NCBI GenBank assembly: GCA_033852165.1
Contig: JAWSUZ010000004.1
Span: 4,692-68,691 of the forward strand
Direction: 5' to 3'
DNA: 64,000 bases
From: Agarilytica sp.
GTDB lineage: Bacteria; Pseudomonadota; Gammaproteobacteria; Pseudomonadales; Cellvibrionaceae
Part shown: piece after piece, positions 37,416 to 47,507 of the stretch
Layout: every line of letters begins with the position of its first letter
How positions within the stretch are numbered: the first letter of the stretch is position 1
Translations under genes and position numbers: made by a program
Notes under the pieces: model-generated
Database searches by the model: none
Seen by the model: the letters and a program-made list of their open reading frames with translations, nothing else
Told to the model about the DNA's origin: nothing

Positions 37416-40400
37416 ATGCTAAGCCAAGGTTATATTGCTCTCTGGTCGATTGGGTATCTGTGTATACTTTTTGTAATTGCGTTTTGGGGGGATAGTCTTC
37501 GGGAGCAGGCGATTCGCCGGTATAAGCCTATAATTATTGGTTTGGCGGTTACCGTTTATTGCAGTGCATGGAGCTTTCATGGTGTAGCTGCTCAGGCTGT
37601 TAGTAAAGGGTGGTATTTTCCTCCTACCTTTCTGGGGGCCATTCTATTGCTAGTCTTTTTCTGTCCCTTAATAAAAAAACTAATCGCGGAGAGTAAGCGA
37701 GCGAATATCACGTCCATTGCAGATTACCTGTCAGTGAGCTACGGAGGTTCCCGTACTCTCGGTGTTTTAATTACACTGGTTTCTATAGTGGTTTTGGTTC
37801 CTTATCTTGCTTTGCAATTGAAAGCGATTACTCAGAATTATCATTTGCTGGCAAGAGCTGAATTACCGTTTGATCAAGCTTTCACAGAAACCACCCACAT
37901 GGGTACGGCTTTTGTTGTTGCTCTCTTGTTGGGGGCTTTTGCCATGATTTTTGGCTCTCGCAACCAAGACGTTAGGGAGCATCATAATGGTTTAATGTTG
38001 GCTATTGCATTTGAATCGATAGTTAAGCTGGTGGCTTTTGTTGTATTGGCCTTGTTTGTATCGATGGTTATGTATGACGGCCTGGAAGATATTTTTTTCC
38101 AGGTGGCGCAAAATGATGTTTTGATGAAAGAACTCGTTGAGAGGCGTGAAGGTGATGGCGGTTACCTCACCGCCATGATATTGGGTTGTATTGCTATGGT
38201 GTGCTTGCCCAGACAGTTTCATGTGCTGGTTGTCGAGAGTGAAAATCCAAGTGATATTAATACCGTCCGCTGGCTTTTCCCTGTGTACCTGCTCGTTTTT
38301 GGTATGTGTGTTTTACCTGTAGCGTATGCGGGCATGCTGCTTTTTCATGACTTGGGAATTAGTTCTGACCAATATGTTTTAGGGATTCCACTAATTGCTG
38401 GCCGAGTTGACTTGGCTCTTCTAACCTATTTGGGTGGTTTTTCAGCGGCCAGTAGCATGGTGATTTTAGCTTGCGTTGCGATGTCGACAATGGCGTCTAA
38501 TGAGCTGGTTATCCCTTTTTTATCTCGCTTCAATTTAATTGATTTACAGAATAAAAATAGAGCGCATCGCACAATTAGAACGGTTCGTCGTTACGTTATT
38601 TTCACCTTGCTTTTGTTAGCGTATGGGTATTATCGATTACTTGGTAATCAGGCAAGTTTAGGTGCTATTGGCTTTTTGTCATTTTCTTTGGCCGCTCAAT
38701 TTTTCCCATGTTTGTTTTTCAGCTTGATATTAAAGTCAGATCGAAGGAGTGAATTGGCCGTTTCTGCAATTGTTGGTATTGCCGTGGGGTTAGGGGTTTG
38801 GTGTTACACCTTATTTCTTCCCGCGTTAGTGGATGCTGGGTTTCTTTCTCAGCAGTTTTTAGATGAAGGACCGTTTGGGGTTTCATGGTTGAGACCAACG
38901 GCGTTATTTGGCTTTGAGATTTTTAGTGATTTATCACATGGTGTGTTCTGGAGTTTATGGGCGAATGTAGTCAGTTTTATTTGCTTGTCGAAAAGTCCCT
39001 TAGCCTACTTTCGGGATGCGACGTTTAGCGAGGGGCGTGCAGCCACAATGCTTGAGTTAAAGTTATTATTGACGCGCTTTTTAGGCGTTGACCAGACTGA
39101 GTTAGCGTTGAAGGAATACCCTAAGTTGGCGGCTGCGCGCGGCTACGCAGATAGCGGCGATGTCAGCGTGGTCGAAAATATTCTTTCCGCTGTGGTGGGT
39201 TCAATATCAGCGCGAAATATTATTGAAACATCTTTTACGGGTGAAGCTGAAAATGAAAAGTTGCTGGATAAGGCCGCGCAAATATTTCAGTTTGGACGAG
39301 AATTGCTGCAGGAAAGTATCGATAATATTAGTCAGGGCATTAGCGTTGTTGATTCACAGTTAAAAATGGTTGCGTGGAATCGTGGTTATTTAGATATCTT
39401 TGAGTACCCGAAAGGCATGATGCACGTGGGCTGTAATGTGGCGGACTTACTTCGTTATAACGCAATATTAAATGGCCTGGAAGGGGGAGAGGTTCAGCAC
39501 TTTATTGATAAACGCTTGAAGTTAATGGCTTCAGGCAGTGCCTATATTCATATCTACACACATTACACTGGACGGGTATTGGAAATCCAAGGGGCTCCTA
39601 TGGGAGAGGGAGGTTTTGTAACAACCTTTACCGATATTAGTAACTATCAAGAAACGGTTAGCACGTTAGAGGAAACGAGGGCAACCCTAGAGTCTCGCGT
39701 GAAGGAACGGACAGAAGAACTGCAGTTAGCAAATCGAAAATTACGTGATGCAAACCATAAAAAAACACATTTTTTGGCTGCTGCTGGGCACGATTTGATT
39801 CAACCTCTAAATGCCGCAAAGTTGTTTGCCACAGCACTGACCCATAAAGTAAAGGACCCTGAAACCACAAAGCTTCTTCACAATTTAGATCACTCTCTTC
39901 ATTCTGCAGATGCGATTATTAGTGAGCTCCTAGCGATTGCGAAACTGGATTCCGGGGAAATGCAGGTCAACGCGAAAACATTTTGTATTGGGGATCTACT
40001 GCGTTCGCTGCATAAGGAATTTTCTATCATTGCGCAAAAGAAGAATATTGAACTGCGTTTTTGCTATAGCTCTTTGGCAGTGACAACGGATGAGCAGTTA
40101 TTGAAACGAATTTTGCAAAACCTTTTATCAAATGCTATTCGCTATACCAATACAGGTAAAGTGATCATTGGTTGTCGGCGGTCGAAAACCACCAGTTGCA
40201 TTGAGGTGTGGGACCAAGGAAAAGGCATTCCCGAAAAAGAGGAAGAGAATATATTCAAAGAGTTTCATCGAATAGATAAAAACGAGCAAGACGGTGGCTT
40301 AGGTCTGGGCTTAGCAACTGTGCAGCGTTTGTGTCAGTTACTCGAAGTGAAAATCAAAGTGGAGTCTAAGGTTGGCCAGGGCAGTGTGTTTCGTATCGTG

Positions 40401-40862
40401 CTGCCGCGCACAGAAAAACGATATGTGTCTGCGTTAGATGGCGATGAGCAGGCTTCTCCTCGTGAATCTGTTTTGTCGGGGATGAGGGTTCTGTGTATCG
40501 ATAATGAAAGTACTATTCTTGATGGTATGAAGGCTGTGTTGGAGACTTGGGGTTGTGTTTTTTATGGGGTGACGGAGTGGTCGGATATTTTACCGTGGGA
40601 GCCGGATGCTTTACTTGTGGATTTTCATTTAAACGACGGTATTACCGGTATTGAATTAGCTGAGCGATTTCACGCTAAATATGGGGATGTTAAGCCGATC
40701 GTGGTGATTTCTGCAGATCAGAATAATGATGTTAGAGAGCAGGCAAAGTCGCGGGCTTATTTCTTTTTAAGAAAGCCGCTCAAGGCGGCTTCTCTTTGGT
40801 CTGTGTTGGCGCGTATCAATGATATGAAAAGCCTTGAGGGAACCGTTGCTCCTCGTCAATAA
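37416..40862 (+). CDS. crbS: SLC5(SSS)-STAC-PAS-histidine kinase-receiver hybrid sensor (CrbS/MxtR type)
   Basis: VYCSAWSF, SIADYLS..YG, LPRQFHV; STAC-like LLTRFLG..SAVVGSISAR; PAS; AGHDLIQPLNAA; C-terminal receiver. Confidence 0.9.
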   Translation: MLSQGYIALWSIGYLCILFVIAFWGDSLREQAIRRYKPIIIGLAVTVYCSAWSFHGVAAQAVSKGWYFPPTFLGAILLLVFFCPLIKKLIAESKRANITSIADYLSVSYGGSRTLGVLITLVSIVVLVPYLALQLKAITQNYHLLARAELPFDQAFTETTHMGTAFVVALLLGAFAMIFGSRNQDVREHHNGLMLAIAFESIVKLVAFVVLALFVSMVMYDGLEDIFFQVAQNDVLMKELVERREGDGGYLTAMILGCIAMVCLPRQFHVLVVESENPSDINTVRWLFPVYLLVFGMCVLPVAYAGMLLFHDLGISSDQYVLGIPLIAGRVDLALLTYLGGFSAASSMVILACVAMSTMASNELVIPFLSRFNLIDLQNKNRAHRTIRTVRRYVIFTLLLLAYGYYRLLGNQASLGAIGFLSFSLAAQFFPCLFFSLILKSDRRSELAVSAIVGIAVGLGVWCYTLFLPALVDAGFLSQQFLDEGPFGVSWLRPTALFGFEIFSDLSHGVFWSLWANVVSFICLSKSPLAYFRDATFSEGRAATMLELKLLLTRFLGVDQTELALKEYPKLAAARGYADSGDVSVVENILSAVVGSISARNIIETSFTGEAENEKLLDKAAQIFQFGRELLQESIDNISQGISVVDSQLKMVAWNRGYLDIFEYPKGMMHVGCNVADLLRYNAILNGLEGGEVQHFIDKRLKLMASGSAYIHIYTHYTGRVLEIQGAPMGEGGFVTTFTDISNYQETVSTLEETRATLESRVKERTEELQLANRKLRDANHKKTHFLAAAGHDLIQPLNAAKLFATALTHKVKDPETTKLLHNLDHSLHSADAIISELLAIAKLDSGEMQVNAKTFCIGDLLRSLHKEFSIIAQKKNIELRFCYSSLAVTTDEQLLKRILQNLLSNAIRYTNTGKVIIGCRRSKTTSCIEVWDQGKGIPEKEEENIFKEFHRIDKNEQDGGLGLGLATVQRLCQLLEVKIKVESKVGQGSVFRIVLPRTEKRYVSALDGDEQASPRESVLSGMRVLCIDNESTILDGMKAVLETWGCVFYGVTEWSDILPWEPDALLVDFHLNDGITGIELAERFHAKYGDVKPIVVISADQNNDVREQAKSRAYFFLRKPLKAASLWSVLARINDMKSLEGTVAPRQ

Positions 40863-40974
40863 GTGGCAAAGGTTAATTTAACTGATGCTTTTCTTCAAAA
40901 ATCCTTGGCTTTCAAAAAACTTTAGGGTGTCTTTAAAAATTGTGATTTTTTGTGAGGGCAAGGAAATACCACGC

Positions 40975-41135
40975 GGACACTAGCATGGATGCCAGTGCCA
41001 GGTCGCAGCATTAGCGCAGGAAGCGCGTAAGTAGAATAACGCAGGAGCAGTTATCGAGGAAGCCCGGTCCGAGAGTCTCAGTGTACATGGTGTACACCGG
41101 AAATCGAGTACGGAGCCGATGCCGTCATCGCTAAA
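40975..41135. repeat. REP-like hairpin cluster between the convergent kinase and regulator genes
   Basis: ACTAGCATGGATGCCAGT, AACGCAGGAGCAGTT (reverse complement of 18917-18931), GTGTACATGGTGTACAC. Confidence 0.7.
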
Positions 41136-41157
41136 AAGTATTTTTTAGAAATGCCCT

Positions 41158-41802
41158 TTAGTCGTTAGCAGGACTTTCAAATTTTTGTGAAAGTAAAATA
41201 ACTTCAGTGCGTTTTCTCAAGCCCAATTTCCGTAAAATCGCGGTTACATGGGATTTGACTGTCGTTTCAGTAATGTCGAGTTCAAAGGCAATTTGTTTGT
41301 TTAGCATGCCTTGGCTGAGCATTGAAAAAACACGAAATTGGTGCGGCGTCAGTGAGGCAACGCGACGAGCTATGTCTTTCAGTTCCTCATCTTCTTCGCT
41401 TATTGTTTTATCAAACCAGGGTTTGCCTTGAAGAAGGTCGCCAATCACTTTTTCCAGTTCGTTTGCATCTAAAGATTTAGAAAGAAAGCCGATTGCGCCG
41501 AGCTGCTCTGCATGGCTGATCACTTTTTGACTATTGTCCCCAGAAATCATTGCAACAGGGACTTCGGGAAAGTAGCCGCGCAAATTGACTAAACCGGCAA
41601 ATCCGTTGGTCCCGGGCATATGCAGGTCGAGAAGTACAAGGTCGGGATCAACATCTGACTCCAAATAGCTGTGAACTTCTTTAATGGTGTTGCATGAAAT
41701 ACATTCAACTTTTTGGGGTAAATTACTAAAATTATTAATCGTTTGTATAAGTGCGCTACGAAACAGCGGGTGATCGTCCGCGATGATAATTTTTATTGTC
41801 AT
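41158..41802 (-). CDS. LuxR/NarL-family response regulator (CrbR/ErdR type)
   Basis: IIADDHPLFRSAL, LLDLHMPG..GF, LTPHQFRV...LNKQIAFEL..TVKSHVTAILRKL. Confidence 0.9.
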   Translation of the reverse strand: MTIKIIIADDHPLFRSALIQTINNFSNLPQKVECISCNTIKEVHSYLESDVDPDLVLLDLHMPGTNGFAGLVNLRGYFPEVPVAMISGDNSQKVISHAEQLGAIGFLSKSLDANELEKVIGDLLQGKPWFDKTISEEDEELKDIARRVASLTPHQFRVFSMLSQGMLNKQIAFELDITETTVKSHVTAILRKLGLRKRTEVILLSQKFESPAND

Positions 41803-42000
41803 TAGGGCCTCAAATTAATCTACGACTCTAAAATGGTCGACGATTCATCAGGGTTGGTGTCGAAATATATTTGTCTCAAAAAATTCTGGCTTACAGTATC
41901 GAATTACTGACGCTCAGAACGCTGAGGCGTAAGAGTACAGTGTCGGGGTATAGAGGCATAAAGTACAGCGCAAAATTTTGCGTGGCAATGGCTCAATGGC

Positions 42001-42921
42001 TTATGACTGTAAGGGTGTCGGGTTTGAGGAACGGGAGGATGGCCACATTTCAAGGATGACCTCCTCAAGCGCTTTAGCCGCTACAGATAACGGATAGCGC
42101 CGCCTTGTAATAATTCCTACTTTAGGTTGAATGGCAGAGCCTTCGATTTCTCGGCATATAGCCCCCATCTCTTCCATTTGTTCTTTGCATAATGCCGGGA
42201 CAGCGCTGACGCCTAAGCCTTTTGATACCAATCTGCCGATGGTTGCCAGCTGGTTGGTTTCAAACGAGACAGATAGGGATAAGGCATGCTTTGTCAGGGT
42301 ATTTTCGAGCAGTGTTCGCATATTGGCTGGCTTTTGGAGTGTGATAAACCCGGATTCTAAAAGAAACTTCCAGCTAATAGTGGAAGGGGCAAGGTTCTCC
42401 ATGGATCGTGGTAATACGGCAATAAAGCGATCTTGAAATATTGGAGTAAAACTCAAATCCTCACTCTTTCCCGGGTCAAATATTATCCCGATTTCGACTC
42501 GGCCGGATCTGACCAGTTCGAGTACTTGTTCCGCGACGACATCTTGAACGCTGATATTCACCGATGGGTGCTGTTTTTTGTATTCTACAAATACAAGGGG
42601 TAGCTGGTTACAGGCAAAAGAAGGCATAGCAGCAATTGAAATCTTTCCCCGTCTTAGTAAAAAGTGATTGCGCACATTTTCGATAGCGGTATCCCAGTCA
42701 TTTAAGAGCCTCTTGGCGACAGGCAGAAACTCCCTACCTTCTGGCGTCAATGAGAGCGTTCGTGTTGTTCGGGTGAGTAAGGGGCCGCCTATGTCCGTCT
42801 CTAGATTTTTGATCGATATGCTCAATGCTGGTTGAGATAAATTGATCGAGCTGCACGCTTCGGCAAAGCTCTGGCTGTTGGCAATGGCTACGAAAGCCCT
42901 TATTTGCTTGATTGTGCTCAT
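42001..42921 (-). CDS. LysR-family transcriptional regulator
   Basis: N-terminal HTH SFAEA...LSQPALSISIKNLE; divergent from bdhA. Confidence 0.93.
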   Translation of the reverse strand: MSTIKQIRAFVAIANSQSFAEACSSINLSQPALSISIKNLETDIGGPLLTRTTRTLSLTPEGREFLPVAKRLLNDWDTAIENVRNHFLLRRGKISIAAMPSFACNQLPLVFVEYKKQHPSVNISVQDVVAEQVLELVRSGRVEIGIIFDPGKSEDLSFTPIFQDRFIAVLPRSMENLAPSTISWKFLLESGFITLQKPANMRTLLENTLTKHALSLSVSFETNQLATIGRLVSKGLGVSAVPALCKEQMEEMGAICREIEGSAIQPKVGIITRRRYPLSVAAKALEEVILEMWPSSRSSNPTPLQS

Positions 42922-42933
42922 AACATGACCGGG

Positions 42934-42956
42934 ATTGATAAATAATATAAATCAAT
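42934..42956. promoter_or_regulatory. LysR recognition site (T-N11-A)
   Basis: ATTGAT-AAATAATATAA-ATCAAT immediately upstream of the LysR start. Confidence 0.7.
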
Positions 42957-43320
42957 TCATCAGATAAATAAAATTGATAAATATAAGGGATTACTGCATT
43001 CTTATCAAACTCATCATAATAAGAACATTTGCGCCGCTGTCATTACCAAAATATTTGTAATGATGGGCAATCTACAAGTGGTTTGTGGGTCGTTGGTGTG
43101 GAGAGGCTAATTCTCTCTCAGCTATATACTCACTAAACTGTCTGCTAACCCAGCTATTAATGCTGTAGAGTGCGGTGCTTCAACAATTGATGGTCTGTAT
43201 TGTATTCGGATTTCTCTGCTCGCTAATCAAATCAAGTGAGAAGGGGGTATCGTCAATGATAACTAAGAGTTTGCCTCATTCGAGGCACGTTAAATACACA
43301 TTAAACTAACGGGGCTAATA

Positions 43321-44079
43321 ATGAGCAAAACCGTATTTGTGACCGGAGCAGCCAGTGGTATCGGTCAATCAATCGCTGAAAGATTTGCAAAAGAGGGCCA
43401 TAAGGTCATCGTAAGTGACTTGAACATGGTGGGAGCACAAGACGTTTGTGACAAGCTAACCGCTGAAGGTCTTGCAGCTGAGCCTTATGAATTAGATGTT
43501 AGCAATATGGAAGCAATTGCAAAAGTGGGTACGGATTACCCTAATATTGATATCTTGGTTAACAACGCCGGTATCCAATTCGTAGCGAAAATCGAAGAAT
43601 TCCCAGCAGATCGCTGGAGTTTGTTGACCAATATTCTCTTGGTTGGTCCCGCTATGCTGACGCGTGCAGTCATTCCGGGAATGAAAGAACGAAACTATGG
43701 CCGAATTATCAATATCGGCTCAGTTCACGGCTTGATCGCATCGCCGTATAAAAGCGCCTATGTTGCAGCTAAGCATGGCCTGATAGGCTTTTCTAAAGTG
43801 ATCGCTTTAGAGACCGGTGAGTTCGATATCACAATCAATACTATTTGCCCTTCTTACGTTAAAACGCCTCTTGTTGAGAAGCAAATTGCTTCAACAGCTA
43901 AAGAGCATGGTATTAGTGAAGAAGAAGTGGTGAATAACATTATGTTAGCGCCTATGCCTAAGAAGGCATTTATTTCACTGGAAGAGCTTGCTGAAACAGC
44001 ATTGTTCTTGATGTCTCCAGCGGCGAGAAATATCACTGCTCAGACAATGGTTCTTGATGGTGGCTGGGTCGCTCGCTAG
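43321..44079 (+). CDS. bdhA: D-3-hydroxybutyrate dehydrogenase
   Basis: TGAASGIG, NNAGIQFV..IEEFP, SVHGLIASPYKSAYVAAKHG, CPSYVKTPLVEKQI. Confidence 0.93.
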   Translation: MSKTVFVTGAASGIGQSIAERFAKEGHKVIVSDLNMVGAQDVCDKLTAEGLAAEPYELDVSNMEAIAKVGTDYPNIDILVNNAGIQFVAKIEEFPADRWSLLTNILLVGPAMLTRAVIPGMKERNYGRIINIGSVHGLIASPYKSAYVAAKHGLIGFSKVIALETGEFDITINTICPSYVKTPLVEKQIASTAKEHGISEEEVVNNIMLAPMPKKAFISLEELAETALFLMSPAARNITAQTMVLDGGWVAR

Positions 44080-44166
44080 TTAGCGCTTGATAACCCTGGC
44101 GTTGTACGACAGTTTGTGCGACGTTAGGGATGTTAGTGATGTAGTGATAATAGTTAGGGTCTCAGC

Positions 44167-44400
44167 ATGAAATTTAACGTCGAATTGGATATTACACCTG
44201 CGGAAGTGAAAGAACTTTTCGAAGGCAATATGGATGTTTTGCAGCGTTCGCTTGTAGAGCTTTTTATGGGGCAAATGTCCCAAGTCAAATCCCCAAGCGC
44301 TGATATGGTGTCTTTCTGGCAATCCATGGCTGAAAAAAGTACCGCAATGTTTGAGCAGTATCAAAACACAACTAATGCTGCAGTTCCGCCAAAGAAATAA
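44167..44400 (+). CDS. Small hypothetical protein (DUF6489-like) between bdhA and phaC
   Basis: MKFNVELDITPAEVKELF start, amphipathic helices, 77 aa. Confidence 0.55.
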   Translation: MKFNVELDITPAEVKELFEGNMDVLQRSLVELFMGQMSQVKSPSADMVSFWQSMAEKSTAMFEQYQNTTNAAVPPKK

Positions 44401-44475
44401 ATACACTTCACATCCGTATCGTTCTCAAAGATTCGGCTCTTGCAATTTCCATCTCCAAACTCTCAGTGGTCTCCA

Positions 44476-46263
44476 ATGAATACAGAAGACAAGCACAAGA
44501 TTTTAGATTACGTCGATAAGTTTAGCGGCGTTTTTAACAATATGATGGAAGAAGTTACCCGGCGCTTGATGACGAATCAGTCGGATTCTAACTTTGAGAG
44601 CGTAATTAAAGTCCCAGATGTTAACTCTCAAGAGAAAGCTTCTAGTGTTAAAATTGACCCCAAGCGCTTTGTGAGCCAGCAGTTAAAATTTCTGGAAAAA
44701 CAAAAACAACTTTTGGAAAATGCCTCGAAGGTCTTTTTGGGGGAAGAGTTTGTTCCCGTTATTAAGTCAACCAAGGGCGATAAGCGATTTAGTGATGACG
44801 ACTGGACGGGTAACCCAGCATTTAACTATATCAAGCAAGCGTATTTACTCAATGCTGAATACATGAACCAGTTTGTCGATGCGCTTGAATTTGAAGATAA
44901 GAGTATTGAAGATCAGGTGCGCTTTTATACGCGGCAGTTTATTAATTCGATGTCTCCCACCAATTATGTTCTAACTAACCCTGAGGTTTGCAGAGAAATC
45001 CTTGCTACAGATGGGCAAAACCTGGTCAAAGGTATCGATAACTTCATGCGGGATCTAAAAGATAGCCCAAAGGAAGTGTTTAGGGTGACCCAGGTCAATA
45101 AAGATGCTTTTGAACTCGGGAAGGATTTAGCTTATACCCCTGGAAAGGTGATTTTTGAGAACGAATTGATTCAATTGATTCAATACACGCCAACGACAGA
45201 ATCTGTGTACGAAATACCGTTATTGCTCATTCCCCCCTTTATCAATAAGTACTACGTCCTGGATCTTGATCAAAAGAAATCCATGGTTGCCTGGTTAGTG
45301 GGGCAGGGTTTTACCGTTTTCATAGTTTCATGGATTAACCCGGACGACTCCTTTAGGGACTTTCCATTCGATGATTATATTAATAAGGGTGTAATTACAG
45401 CGCTAGATGTTGTTGAGCATATCAGTGGGCCAGAGGTTAATCTTGTTGGCTACTGTGTCGGCGGCACGCTTTTGGGGATTACCCAGTCTTACCTGACCAC
45501 TCAGGATGATACGCGTATAAAGTCCTTAACCTTTTTGGCGACTCTTTTTGACTTCTCTGAGCCAGGCGAAGTGGGTACTTACCTTACGAACCAGCTTATC
45601 CCAATGCTGGAAAAGTCCGTGACTGAAAAAGGTCTCCTTGACGGGCGAATACTCGGGCTTGGTTTTAGCTTACTACGGGAAAACAATCTGTTTTGGTCCT
45701 TCTTCATTGAAAACTATTTGAAAGGGAAGGATCCCGTCCCTTTCGATATCCTTTACTGGAACAGTGATTCGACGAATCTGCCGGCAGAGGCTTTTCTGTT
45801 TTACCTCAGCAATATGTACATTGGAAACAAGCTGATAGAAAAGGGTGGCGTGAGTATCAACAGCACGCCGATTGACCTTTCTACCATCAATGTGCCCAGT
45901 TATTGTCTGGCTGCGCAGGCTGACCACATCGTATTGTGGCAAGCGGCATATAAGAGCGCTAAGATCCTAGGCGGTGATGTCCGCTTTGTCTTGACCGAGT
46001 CTGGTCATGTTGCTGGGGTTGTAAATCCTGCAAGCAAAGGTAAATACGCTCACTGGGTCAGCGCTGAGATGCCTGATGATGCAGCTGGCTGGCTGGCTGG
46101 CGCAACTCAACAGGCCGGGTCTTGGTGGAATGACTGGAATGTCTGGCTAGAAGAGCGTTCAGGTAACAAGGTTAAAGCGAAAAAAATCGGTAATAAAAAA
46201 CGATATCCAGTGTTGGATTCTGCGCCTGGAAGCTATGTTAGGCGACGGCTGGATAACGATTAG
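44476..46263 (+). CDS. phaC: Class I PHA synthase
   Basis: DKRFSDDDW, TPGKVIFEN, PPFINKYYVLDL, GYCVGG, ADHIV, SGHVAG. Start taken at ATG 44476. Confidence 0.96.
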   Translation: MNTEDKHKILDYVDKFSGVFNNMMEEVTRRLMTNQSDSNFESVIKVPDVNSQEKASSVKIDPKRFVSQQLKFLEKQKQLLENASKVFLGEEFVPVIKSTKGDKRFSDDDWTGNPAFNYIKQAYLLNAEYMNQFVDALEFEDKSIEDQVRFYTRQFINSMSPTNYVLTNPEVCREILATDGQNLVKGIDNFMRDLKDSPKEVFRVTQVNKDAFELGKDLAYTPGKVIFENELIQLIQYTPTTESVYEIPLLLIPPFINKYYVLDLDQKKSMVAWLVGQGFTVFIVSWINPDDSFRDFPFDDYINKGVITALDVVEHISGPEVNLVGYCVGGTLLGITQSYLTTQDDTRIKSLTFLATLFDFSEPGEVGTYLTNQLIPMLEKSVTEKGLLDGRILGLGFSLLRENNLFWSFFIENYLKGKDPVPFDILYWNSDSTNLPAEAFLFYLSNMYIGNKLIEKGGVSINSTPIDLSTINVPSYCLAAQADHIVLWQAAYKSAKILGGDVRFVLTESGHVAGVVNPASKGKYAHWVSAEMPDDAAGWLAGATQQAGSWWNDWNVWLEERSGNKVKAKKIGNKKRYPVLDSAPGSYVRRRLDND

Positions 46264-46435
46264 ATCGGTTTTTTAGGATGAAATGACTCGAAAAACTAGG
46301 ATTTAGCGAAAAATCGTTCATACTTTTCTCATATCTCAATGAAGTGGTTATACTCACGGAGCGGAACAAGAAACCCTTTTGAATGTACCGATGTGCCTTA
46401 GGATTGGGCACATTACAGAGATATGAGATATACAC

Positions 46436-46900
46436 GTGATAACGATAAAAAAATACCCCAATCGACGCCTCTACGACACCTCGCAAAGCCAATACATTAA
46501 CCTTGAGACGATACGTGCTCTTGTGATGTCTCATAATGAATTTAAGGTCATTGACTCTAAAACCGAAACGGACCTGACCAAAAGCATACTCCTACAAATT
46601 ATCAGTGAGCAAGAAAATAACGATTCTCAGTCACTGCTTACAGAATCTGTACTCAAGCAGCTCATTCGTTTTTACGGCAGTGAGATGCAGGGCTTTCTTG
46701 GTCAGTATTTAGAGCAAAGTTTGTCCACCTTTATTGATCGTCAGGATACAATGCGCGGTGTGATGCAGGATATGATGGACGCCTCCCCTATGAATGTTTT
46801 CAATCAGATGATGGAGAAGAATATGTCCGTTTGGGGTAGCTTTCCATCACCTGAAGACCAAAAAGAAAAGCCAGACGACAACTCAGAAGATCCCGAATAA
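46436..46900 (+). CDS. phaR: PHA synthesis repressor
   Basis: IKKYPNRRLYDT...LLQIISEQE...LIRFYG. Confidence 0.95.
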   Translation: MITIKKYPNRRLYDTSQSQYINLETIRALVMSHNEFKVIDSKTETDLTKSILLQIISEQENNDSQSLLTESVLKQLIRFYGSEMQGFLGQYLEQSLSTFIDRQDTMRGVMQDMMDASPMNVFNQMMEKNMSVWGSFPSPEDQKEKPDDNSEDPE

Positions 46901-46941
46901 AGGCTCTCACCTATATAGCAATTAAGTATAGCTACGGTTTG

Positions 46942-47013
46942 TGCGTTGCAGCAAAACCCCTTGACGAGCCCTAGGCAGCTTCGTAAACTACGCTTGAATT
47001 TTGCATCGCAGCA
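46942..47013 (+). promoter_or_regulatory. Phasin-1 promoter flanked by two PhaR-type boxes
   Basis: TTGACG-N17-TAAACT (46961-46989); TGC-N3-GCAGCA at 46942 and 47002. Confidence 0.75.
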
Positions 47014-47059
47014 AAAGAAATCACACTACTGATATATAGAGACTACTGAGGAATATATA

Positions 47060-47374
47060 ATGTTAGATAAAATTTTAGAGCAAGCGCAAAAAGCATTCCA
47101 ACCCGATAACGATTTCGTTGCTCGTTCGACTAAAGCGTTCGAAGAAGCTACTGAAAAGCAAAAGACTTTTTTTGAAGGTATTGTCAGTGACAACATGGCC
47201 TTCGTTAAAGAGTTGAGTGCTCAGAAAGACTTTACTGGCTTCTGTGAGCTCCAAAAGTCATATATGCAAAACATCCAAGATAAAATAGCTGCAGCTTCTA
47301 AAGAAGCGTATGAAGCCTTGAGCTCCAGCCAAGAGCAGGCTGGTGGTTTTTTTAAGACAGCTACTACAGCTTAA
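47060..47374 (+). CDS. phaP: Phasin
   Basis: 104-aa amphipathic helical protein downstream of phaR with PhaR-type boxes. Confidence 0.8.
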   Translation: MLDKILEQAQKAFQPDNDFVARSTKAFEEATEKQKTFFEGIVSDNMAFVKELSAQKDFTGFCELQKSYMQNIQDKIAAASKEAYEALSSSQEQAGGFFKTATTA

Positions 47375-47430
47375 TTGAAAGATTTGCCTCCGTGCTATTT
47401 CTGATAGTGTCGAAGGATTTCTACCCGTTG

Positions 47431-47458
47431 AAAAGCCTCGTTTAAACCGAGGCTTTTT
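47431..47458 (+). terminator. Intrinsic terminator after phasin 1
   Basis: AAAAGCCTCG-TTTAAAC-CGAGGCTTTTT. Confidence 0.8.
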
Positions 47459-47507
47459 ACGTTCAGACGAGCTATTTTTAGAATCGTGACAGGCGTAACA
47501 TTTATGT

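Noticed and set aside
44440-44475. TTG-start extension of PhaC; similar track extensions at 23506-23526, 26287-26319, 28046-28075 and 59161-59247
   Set aside because: Downstream ATG/GTG starts fit family N-termini better.
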